Positions 30,475-40,736 of a DNA stretch of 40,736 bases are shown in pieces. The stretch comes from Catajapyx aquilonaris. Its lineage: Eukaryota. A model generated the notes under the pieces. The model was not told where the DNA came from and did no database searches. It saw only the letters and a program-made list of their open reading frames with translations. The translations under genes and the position numbers were made by a program. How positions within the stretch are numbered: the first letter of the stretch is position 1; every line of letters starts with the position of its first letter. The DNA lies in NCBI GenBank assembly GCA_000934665.2, contig JYFJ02003509.1, forward strand, positions 1 to 40,736. Reading direction: 5' to 3'.

Positions 30475-31853
30475 AGCCTGCCCGTTTCTCTGTCGCTCAA
30501 CATTGCCGAGGTCATTCCATGCAACTGGCTCATACACACAGATTATGTTCAGTAATATTGGATGGATTTTCATCTTCAAGGCTGGTTTAGTTATGTACTC
30601 TACGAACGACTATGAAGGTGCACGTTGACCGGATTTGGGAAAGAATGGAATCTAGAAAGTCGTGTAGTTATTTTCAGCTCAGGTAGAGCAAGAGTAATTT
30701 TCAGGCAAAAGTAGGTCTGCAAGACTTTTATCAAATCCAATGCGTCTAAATTGTACGAATTCTCAAGTAAATCCAGGTGATTTGGCGAAAATAATTTTTA
30801 CAATTCATGTGCAGTTCAAAATGCAGGTTTCTGATATTAGAAGAAAAAAAATGAAAACTATCCCTTCAACCTCTCAACTAAATTATTGAAAAAATTATGG
30901 AACATGTAACCTCGATCGCAGCATGTAAAATCATTGTTATCAAATAAGAGCCTGTACATTATTGATGTAATATACTGAAGTTCAATTCCTTATCACCTTC
31001 ATAATGTGATATGGCTGAATTAATAATTGTTGTTGTCATGTTTTCATTACTATGCAGTACAACTCTCACAAGGCAACGAGTTTTAACGAATAGCAGATAG
31101 ACCAATACTGTGCCTGGATATTTTTTCACTGTTGCAAAATTGGACACTTCCGGAAAGAGGCAATGATGGATCCTGCATGTTCATTGTGAATGAATTTACA
31201 ATATATTGTGTTCACTTCCCACTCTCTGATATATTCTTCTCCCTTTGCTTCAGTAATAGTATGGACATAAATTCCCTCCCATTGCATTGTAGTGGCCAGC
31301 AACAGGTGCATGATGTTTTTTTTCTTCTATTTTCAAGAACGTATGTACTGATAACTTGTCAGTTTCCGCAACCGTAATAAAGGACGTGAATCACGTGATC
31401 TTTGTTCCTTACTCGCATTTGTGTGACGTGTCCTCTTAACATTCCCACAAATCAGTGACGCACCAAAACTACTACACCTGACATCATAGTTGCGTAAGGT
31501 CATCACATTGCACATGTTTTTGAGATTATTTACTATAACCTCGACCCTGTCGATAACAGCCTCATAATTTTTTAAAGACAGATAGTCGATGAAATATGAT
31601 ATGAGAATACTCCTCCAGAACAATCAAGCGGTCTACATAGGCGCAGAGGGGGTGCTTCCAAGCCACTAATTAACATCTATGATTATGTGTGGGAGACAAA
31701 GGCCGAGAGAGGTGGCTTGAGGGTGCTATGATTAAGCCCTTGCCATTGCGTAACTTCCTAAATAGAAGCATGACTCGACACACTGAAGGCCACAAACTAT
31801 TATGGATTAAGTAATTTCTGCTTTGTCATTCCTCAATTCCTGAATTAGAATAT

Positions 31854-31926
31854 AAAATTGTATGATGTATCAAGCAGGGACTGTTCAATAATTGAATTGT
31901 CCCTGCTTGATATATCACACAATTTT
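31854..31926. repeat. 73-bp hairpin, probable MITE remnant
   Basis: AAAATTGTATGATGTATCAAGCAGGGAC..TTCAAT / ATTGAA..GTCCCTGCTTGATATATCACACAATTTT. Confidence 0.8.
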
Positions 31927-32504
31927 TAACAAGACGTCTTGTTGAAATATTATTATACGTAATCATGTACATTTGAAAGTGGAGTGCTTCTTGCATTAAT
32001 TATTTCAAATCAGTCAAATACATATGATTGCATGTAACGAGCAAATTCTGATAGTTATGACTTATTTCAGTGACACAATCGGAAGCATCCAGCCCCGGCG
32101 AGTAATCATTCCGACAGGACACGAATCACACGAATTCCCAGCAGACACACCTTCTGAGCCTCTGAGCCCCCAACCTCCCAACCGATGACTCAACCCAACC
32201 TTCCGACAGGAAAAAAGGGCGTGCCACACCACAAAAAAAAGCACACGCATCTTCTCATGTACCCATCCTCATTTATTCTATATAAAAAAGGTAAAAAAAT
32301 CGAGCAATGACTCCAGTCCAAAAATGGCGCCGCCTGGATGAGACAAGGCCATGTAAAATCTTAAAACCTTTTTCGTTCACCTTCCAACAGTCTTCCTCCC
32401 CCCCTCTCTACCACCTTCCCACCCACACCTTCCTCTGATGTTTTGCCCTCAGGGGCTTGAAAAAGAGCGGGTTCCGCCTCTTCCTCCACACAACCGGTTA
32501 ACGG

Positions 32505-32557
32505 TCAGTGAGTGGTGAGCAAGCATCGTGGCCGGTGAAACAACATATTCTGTCCAG
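32505..32557 (+). promoter_or_regulatory. Candidate initiator and non-coding first exon of MINPP paralog B
   Basis: Arthropod Inr TCAGT at 32505 followed by donor CAG|GTTAGT at 32557/32558. An acceptor TTTCTTTGCAG ending at 34111 precedes the ATG at 34130. YY1-like AAAATGGCG at ~32321. Confidence 0.45.
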
Positions 32558-34129
32558 GTTAGTTTCATATTGTTGGGGGGACACACGCAGCATATGAGTC
32601 TGATTGTTTAACCTTGGGAAGGGGACGCGCCTTCCTTCATATAAGATGTTGTCCGCTCGTTATATGCGGGGCTCTAATTAGTGCCAATTGCTCGGGTGGG
32701 GACGACCCTTCTCTCTTAATCATATTCAGTTTGAGCAGTTGGGGTTGACCCTCTTCTTATTCTGGCCTGCTGGTTTCAAACCAATATGTGATGGTTGTAA
32801 CGAGTTGTACTGGAAAAGGCGGTTATAAAAAGAAAGGAAAAAAGTATTCAAGTGGCGCACATATAAAAATTTGTGACGTCACTCGCCCTATTTTAGAACT
32901 TGTCACATTTTGCCGGCAACTAAATGACGTCATACAGGTCTAGGTGCTTGTACTTCAATAGGTAATTTGTGATACAGTATGAGATTCGTGATATAAACAA
33001 GGATGTCCACTAGAGGACATCGTCAATAAACAAAGATAAGATGAAGTGGTGGTACAATATAATACGTGTAGCTAATATTGCATTTTCAGAAAGCTGACAG
33101 GCATTGTAAGTACACATCTGCTCGCCCACTTACCGTGCATTGACTGTAAAATGTCGACACGCGTTCATTATTCTTGCTATCAGCTCAGAGGTTAAGCATC
33201 ACTATGGTGGGCTTATGTTAGAGGTTAGAGTATATTTGGCTTGGGTCACTGCTCGCAGAACCAGGGAAAAATAGTTGCATATCATTTTGATCGATTGTTC
33301 AAAGGAAGAGGAAACCAAGTTGAAGCTGAAAGGTAGTAATCAGCATGACAAGGGCATATGGTGGTCATCACAGAATCCACGAACAACATGTGGACATCAC
33401 GACAAGCGGTCAGTTCTATCGTGATCATTTTTCTACGACGTAGCGCGCATCAGGAAATTGATTTTACATATTTATCAGTATTGTTATTATATTGCGTATA
33501 GCATTCGGTAGCATCTGACATGTCTTCCCATTATCGTGACAATAATTGATCATGACACTGTCCTTCCGCTATCGACCGTACCACTCTAAAAAAAAACCCC
33601 CATATAAAAAGAACCGCTTAAGTTACCGGAGCTTCAATACGTGAAAAAACATTCAAAAACGTGGGTGTAGACACCATGAAACGGTGAACAAGGCGAGGCA
33701 CGTTACACTTACTCTGTTTTTATCCGCTGAGGTTCATACCCCGTGCAGCCGATTTCTAGTATTTGGAAAAGATAGTCCAGCTAAAAAACCGGTCAGCCTG
33801 TGGACCGGACATGAATATTCCCTCGCCTTCCTCATTTTTCCCATGCGTCCAGCAGGTGAGGCATAAATTCACTTCCGGGTGTTTTTTATCCCCCCCTAGG
33901 TATTCCCCCTCTGAATGCGGCTTCACAGGTGAGAGATGAGAGTGAAAAGGGCCGCGAGGCATGAAGGCGACAACGCCTCCGCTACTCTTCGTCCATTTTT
34001 TTTTTTTCCACATCTCTTTCGCGTGTCTCAATGGTCCCGACCCCAACGGGGCCCTGATAAAATCAAGGGGCTTGACAAACACAATGGTCAACAAGTGAAT
34101 TTTCTTTGCAGTGTGGTGCAGCTGTTGAG

Positions 34130-37100
34130 ATGCATCGGTTGTTCTTACTTGCACTGGCCCTATGGGCGGTCCAGGTGTCCAATGCACAATTCCAGCAGCA
34201 GCCTTATTGTTATGCGGATGATCGAGACCAGTATGTGTATTTTGGTACTAAAACAGCATATGAGTTTGTCAACAAGGAAGATTCTGGACCCACATATTTC
34301 GAGAGTGAGTACCCATTCTTGGAGCTATATGAGAATTTGAATGTAAACATGCCTATTGTTTTCAGATTGCGAGCCATTTCAGTTCTGGTTCGTGAGTCGG
34401 CATGGGACTAGGTACCCTGATAAGGAGGACATTGTGCAAATGGATCAGGAGCTGGAGAAGCTGAGCAAAGGAATTTTGCGGAACCACCAGGAGAGGAGAG
34501 GTGAGCAAGGCTGTCTGATACGTATTTTGTTGAGCAAACTAGTCGTCCCTGACTCACCTCCGTACCATGCAATTTTTTCAGTGTATTTCTTTCACTTGAG
34601 ACATATGAGTATTAGAATGAGGTCGTTCTGCGTAATATTATCAGAGGGTATAGCCTTCTATTCAGTCATATATTCACGATGTGATATGTGCGGTTTACTT
34701 GAATGTAGGATAGCGTCAAGGCCATGCGATGACTCAGACATTTTTTTAAAGGAAATCCCTGAGGCGACCGGCTTTTCAAAGTCCCTTCGTGGTTTCAATA
34801 CATTCAGTATATGGGACCGGTAAATGGTTTTTAACGAGCTTGTTTATACTCCAATCATAACATGCGCTGTAGTAAACATGAGCTATAGTGGCATTTTTAT
34901 GTTATAGATTTTGCATCCTACCATTTGTGCCACATGTTACTCGTATTATGCAGTAAATGTGCTACGGGGACGTATCTGGGGGTGTGTGCCGCAAGTTATA
35001 TCAAGCGTAATAAGCTTGCCTAGTCTCTTCCATTATCTGTTACGTAAAAAATAGGAAGGAATGAATGTGTTGTCAGGAGTAGGCCTATATATATCTTTTA
35101 ATCTCCCAGTGTGGTCGCAAGTTCTGATTAATTTGCATGTGGTACATTCAAGGCTGAATTTATAGCAGATCTATGATACATCAGAACACCCCCCCCCCTA
35201 AATAAATAAATAAATAAATAATAATCACATTCATAACTTAATTAATCAGTATAATAATTACGAAGTTCGATACGACTACGAAATTGTTGGACGCAGAATT
35301 AATATAGCAATGAATGAAATCGATTCACATTGACTCCTGTAATTCGGGCTCCTCACGCAGTCCCGTGATTGGCAAATAGATATCATTTACATGTTACGTG
35401 ATATCGATACCAGATGGCAATCCTGTTGGCCAATATTTTCTGCAGCAATTATCAGTAAGCAGATATCATCTTTCGACTACTGCACTGTAGTCCTACATCA
35501 CAGTCATATTACGACACCCGTTTTAACCAGCTTATTTGATTTGAAGCAACTCCGAATATATTCATGGATATCAAAACACCCATTCAGACAGCACTGTCAC
35601 TCGGATTAAATTTTGCAAATTAAACTATAAAACACGCGGTCGCAATTTGCCGCTATGGTCATGCCGCATAATTACAAAAAAACAAAAAACAAAAAAACGC
35701 TGAAGGTGTCGCGCGCCAAACTGGAAAGCTTCTTGCTTGATGCTCGACCGGTGTAATTCTGACACCAACATATGTAAATCCTCCTTCTACAATGTAACGC
35801 AATGTCACGCTGGATAGTTGTTCCTCCACCCATCAATCATCTCACAGTCAGTGTAACACAGGTTAATTGACGCAGGGTCGTATGGTGCAAAGCGTCGTGG
35901 CTAGTGGAGCATTGCAAATTACTCGCATTATTTGCATGGTAAACAAGAGGGCCGATTTTAATCATGACAGTGACTAACAAATTATCGTTGCATTTAGGAA
36001 ACCTGTGTCGCCGTGACCTTGACCTCCTGACCCAGTGGAGGAGCCTGGGAATTCCAGAGCATTTTGAGAACCGTCTGACCCAATCAGGATGGGAAGACTT
36101 GGACTACCTGGCTCGTCGCTTCAAAGGTCGCCTCCCAACCCTGCTGGCCCGTCCCTATCAAAAGGACATGTTCGAATTCCGTACCACCGACACAGAGAGG
36201 ACAGAGAAGAGTGCCAAGGCATTTGTCAATGGCCTCTTCAATGGCCAGAGCTCGCAAGTGGTCATCCCACCACCTATTCCCAAGGACCCTCTCATTAAGG
36301 TAAGAAACATCTCAGCATCACTGTCTTATCATAAAAATGACCAAATAATGACAATTGATTCATTTTACAGTACTATTCAAATTGCACCAAGTGGGAAAAT
36401 GCGGTGAATGCTTCTGCCCGTGCGGACGAGGTTTATGCTTTTGAGCATGGGTCTGAGGCAATGAAGACCATTAGAAGTGTCAGCCAACGACTTGGGTTCC
36501 AGTACAACCTTACATTAGGTTAGTTGCACTTCACTGTGTAGTATGTTATTGATGTCAAGGCTTGTTGGTGTATTTTATTGAAATACAATATGAAGTTGTG
36601 TGATGGCGGGCCAATTACAGGAGAGATTTATCAGCCAATCTATTACTGGTAATTATACCTCCCTGTAGATTTCAATTCATTAGGGAATAAAGCACCATGA
36701 AAAAGAGACTGTTTATAAAATCATACATATCCAGCATATTGGCCTTTTAATGCATTACAGTTCATTACAATACTTTTGATGTTACACAGCTACATACCAG
36801 TATATTTCTTAACTTCCTAATTAACTACATGAGAGTAGTTGGCATTCCAACGCACTTAACACTATAGTTGAGTATGTTGCTCTCATTGAGTTCAGTTTGT
36901 CATTACTACCCAGTGTAAAACCACATTATGGCAAAATGAAAAATGCATCTATTGACTCTAATGAAAAGTTTCTGAACATTGAATTAATATTAATAAGCTT
37001 ACTGTATCTCTCTTTCAGACCTGATTGACCTAGCATTTGAAGCCTGCCGTTTCCAAAAGGCCTGGGACATTGAGAAGAACTCCGCTTGGTGTGCAGCCTT

Positions 37101-37662
37101 TACAAAAGAAGACATCCGTGTACTGGAATACCTTGAAGATCTCAAGTACTACTACAAGTATGGGTATGGTGTAGAACATAACACACGTATGGGATGTCCA
37201 CTGGTCAAAGACATGATGACCCGCTTCCGAAAGATACGATCAGGCGAAGAGCGAGGCCCATACGGTGTCTTCTACTTTAGCCACTCTGCTCTGATCCAAC
37301 TCTTCCTGACAACTTTGGGAGTTGGCAAAGACAGTGTGCCATTGAGATATGACAACATGGACAAGGATCGCAAGTGGAGGACGAGTTTCATGTCTCCGTT
37401 TGCCTCCAACGCGGCTGCTGTCCTTCTCAACTGCTCCTCAGAGTTCAAGGTGCAGTTCTACCTCCAGGAGGAGACAATGCAAGATGTGTGTCATATGGGG
37501 CTCTGCACATGGGACCAGATGGAAGCAAAGTTTGGGCAGATGGAACAAGAGTGTGATCTCTATCACCTATGTGACCCAGACAGTGGAGCCAATGTGGTTT
37601 CTGGTGTGTCTGGACTCGTCCTGGCAGCTGCACTTTCTGTCACAAGATGGATGGCGATGTAA
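34130..37662 (+). CDS. MINPP1: MINPP1-family (Mipp1-like) histidine phosphatase paralog B with intact RHGxRxP, ~467 aa; exons 34130-34304, 34366-34500, 35998-36299, 36371-36518, 37019-37662
   Basis: Signal peptide MHRLFLLALALWAVQVSNA; FGTKTAY, CEPFQFWFVSRHGTRYP, GNLCRRD, RTEKSAKAFVNGLF, SAWCAAF, EDLKYYYKYGYG, YFSHSA, RKWRTSFMSPFASN; GPI-like tail DSGANVVSGVSGLVLAAALSV. In-phase GT-AG introns (1404 nt). Confidence 0.95.
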
Positions 37663-38431
37663 TTTTGTGCCTGAGAATGACTCGTTCTAGTGTCAATCAG
37701 GTGGAATGAAAATGAAGGCAACTATGATTTGGACTTCAAATGAATAGTGATGTCTCACACATACTAAGATCTTGATGATGTGAGATGTCGCTAAATCTGG
37801 TTGGCCTGTATATTTTCGTTAGAGCTATAGTAATACGAAAATTGTATGAATTTTTCACTCACGTTGCCCTTATTCATACAGTGTTACTGCTGAAGATGTT
37901 AATAAGTATGATTCAACGTGTTTATTAGCAATGGCGCAGTTTTTTGTGTGCCATTCAAAAATAATTTTAGAAAAATTATGCCGTAGTCAGACTGATGACA
38001 CTTTGGTAAAATAATATTTCATAATTGGTAAGCTTCATGCTACAAAACTGTGACGATGGCTTTTTCCTTCTTCTTGGACTTGCTTTATTGTACAGTGTAC
38101 TTTACTTTTCAATATAAGTTGCATTCCAAACATGCCTGCTTTTGAGTTTTTGTAAGAGAGAGAACGGAATGGATAAACTCCACACAATTGAAAAGAGTTT
38201 CACACAAGAAGGAGAGTTTGATACATTTAACATTATAACACTGACACGTAGGAGTATCAATCTACGATTATACATTCTCGTAATAATAATAACTCAACAC
38301 CCAGTTTTCTACCTCTCAGGATAGATTCCAAGGCTTTTCTCCTCCAATCCAGTGCTTTTGTGTAGTTAGGCTACTTTAAAGGGGTGTTAAGGGCTGACCA
38401 GCCAGTCCGGCTCTACAGCCTCTCGTACCCG

Positions 38432-38499
38432 GGTTTTTCTGTGTGTAGCACATTTTGCATTCCAGAAGCACTGCACAATGTACTACACACAGAAAAACC
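38432..38499. repeat. 68-bp hairpin, probable MITE remnant
   Basis: GGTTTTTCTGTGTGTAGCACATTTTGCA / TGCACAATGTACTACACACAGAAAAACC. Confidence 0.8.
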
Positions 38500-40473
38500 T
38501 TGTCAGGACTGGTGAAGATGCTGATAACTTATTGAATTCTCAGAAGTTGATGAGACAGCCATGAGACAGTCGTCTGTGGCTACATTTTGGTACAGTATAG
38601 GCTATATCTACTTAGTTTCCTTCTTTCATTTTTTAAAATCAAGCATGTGTTACTATCAGACATTCCTATAGAGAAAATGGGCATATAGGTTTTATTAAGC
38701 ATTTGGTTTAATTTTAAGTGACACACATGTTTTATGGGATGACTTCCTGACCATGCACGGCTTGATATGCGAGTTAGTGCATTTTAAACAGCTAGAAAAT
38801 CCTAGCTACCATACACCAAAGTGGAATAGTTTAGCTAATTGCACTTTATCAGAAGAGGGCTTCTACCCTTTTCTCAGACAGGCCTAAGAAAAATATGCTG
38901 GAGTATGTGTGATGACAAAGTCCCAACAGCCTTTCTGCAGTCAATAAAAATTTATTACAAAAGGTATTCTCAGCGCTTGCTAATATTATGTATGATGAAT
39001 GAACTGTATGATACGAATCATATACGTTCCAATGATTTGGTGAAGTAAGAACAATCATTTGTATATTGAAACATGGTTTAGGGTTAGGGTGCTACATGAA
39101 AAAGTGACAAGAACCCCAGTGTCATTGAAAGACAGTGGTATATATGCATGATTGCATGCATCTATCTTGTGAGCGACCTATAGGAATTTGGCTACTGTCA
39201 CCAGAAGTAAAATAGGAATGATATTATCAGTACCTGGTAAAATGTACATTTCAAGCATTCTTAGGAAAACGTATGACAACTGAAGTAATGGTCTATTCAG
39301 CCTGAGAATTTTGTGTATTGCTGAGCCAAAAAATTGTCTGATGTGTTGTAACTTTCAATAAATCTGAAGATGGCGTGCAAGTGCCTTAAAAAACAAAACC
39401 ATGCAACGAATGATATCAGTAATTATTCACAATTCACCTTGTATTTTTGTTGGTTGTAATAAATATGCGTTAATTTTCTGTATACATAACGTCATTATTG
39501 TATCGGATTGGATACCCGTATCGAGAGTTGTCCCCATGTCCCAAAAGCCAAAACACTGTCACATTCGGTGCAATAATTCCAGCTTCCAGGGTATATTACA
39601 TCCTCCGCATGGAAGAAATCTTTGACCAAATCAACTGAAATGAGCCTTGCCCACGCAACATTCTGCGCCCGGATAAGACTCCGTGTATTTCGAAATGGCG
39701 CCCATGAGCCACACATGTCATATGTTTTCTAGTGGGTAATTTAAGATCACTAAGTAAACTCATTATATTACTCTTTTTACCATTAAAATTTGGTTTAAAG
39801 TTAAATAGATTATGTGGTGTTTTAAAATTAATGCGTTGGGTGCGTAAAGATGAAAAAAAGGTGTCGCTGCCGTCGGTTAGGTAATGGCGGCGCCCTGCAC
39901 GGCCTGAAAGCAAGTCTGAAAGGGAGGAAGGAAGTACGCCTTGGTTTGGGAAAAGCCGGTTCTTGGTCGCTCGTCGTGCTCCACAGACCCATCAAATCCC
40001 ACGGGAACATGCTGCCCGTGGCCACACTCGTGCTCCGTGCCCTTCCGGGTGCCTTGCGATGCACCAGGTGACTGACTACTAAACAACTCTGCCATTTGCA
40101 CTCAGGCCGCATGGTGTGTCCATGGCCCTCGTGGTGGGAGTACTTGTAGCCATGGGCACACCCAGGCACATAAGGACAAGTGGTCTGGTTTAGCCATAGG
40201 GTTTAGCTTACACAGTCATCTTTTTAGGATCGGTTGCTTTGCCTAGCTAGGAAACATTTCTGGCAGACAAACCTTTTAGGCTCATTTCCAGCCGGAAATA
40301 ATTCCTGGTATCCTGGAGGCAGTGCAACCAGCTGTTAGTAGGAAAATAACTAGCGTGTTGAGTGTTGTGTAGTCGTAAAATCGCGATGCGTTGGAAAGTC
40401 AATGCAGTTGGGGGAAACCTTTAATGTGGACATAGATTACTTCTGACATTTTGTTCACAGCTGCCCCCATTAT

Positions 40474-40580
40474 CAGCGCCACCACGGCAAGAAGTGTCAA
40501 CCTGTGCCCACTAACAGCGGCACCACGGAAGAAGTGTAAAGCTGCGCTTGCTAGCAGTGTCACAGTAGCAAAGTGTCACC
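40474..40580. repeat. Degenerate ~40-bp tandem repeat, about 2.5 copies
   Basis: Units begin at 40474 (CAGCGCCACCACGGCAAGAAGTGTCAA), 40515 (CAGCGGCACCACGGAAGAAGTGTAAA) and 40555 (CAGTGTCACAGTAGCAAAGTGTCA). Confidence 0.65.
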
Positions 40581-40682
40581 CAGATAAATTGTCATGAATT
40601 CCTGCACATTTTGAATCATATATCACTTCCGTAGGTGTACTAGTTGGAAAGTGATTCGTAAATAAAAATAGGTACCTGGTAC

Positions 40683-40736
40683 CAGTGGCGGAACTAGCCG
40701 CGCGGGGCCCTAGTTCGAAAGTATCGGAAGGCCCCC
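40683..40736. mobile_element. Probable left terminus of a short TIR element cut by the window edge
   Basis: CAGTGGCGGAACTAG followed by GGGGCCC/GGCCCCC subterminal motifs, typical of hAT-like MITE ends. Partner end not visible. Confidence 0.45.

Noticed and set aside
39596..40169. GC-rich patch with several ORFs and a lone TIR-like end (TGGCGGCGCCCTG at ~39884-39897)
   Set aside because: No recognisable protein motif in the frames examined and no partner terminus found; possibly repeat debris.

Overview
Eukaryotic, intron-containing DNA from an animal; the gene set and intron style suggest a non-dipteran insect or other arthropod, but the species cannot be determined from the sequence. Most short ORFs in the supplied track are exon fragments or noise. 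Seven spliced genes can be reconstructed with in-phase GT-AG junctions: GID4 (first coding exon only, minus); a KCTD5/2/17 (insomniac-type) BTB gene (plus); LAMTOR2 (minus); an uncharacterised ~810-aa protein with three copies of a Cys-rich module resembling a transposase N-terminus (plus); eIF3b (minus); and two tandem MINPP1-family histidine phosphatases (plus), each with a signal peptide and a GPI-like tail. The first MINPP paralog has an intact reading frame but its RHGxRxP catalytic motif reads REGSSYP, making it a candidate pseudophosphatase beside an RHGTRYP twin. Two eIF3b introns each carry a paralogous box C/D snoRNA sharing a 13-nt guide whose target I do not recognise. Introns also hold a tRNA-derived SINE, hAT-, Tc1/mariner- and PIF/Harbinger-type MITEs, and a 1.24-kb ISL2EU-like element with a stop-interrupted THAP domain missed by the ORF track. 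All homology calls come from motif recognition, not database searches.
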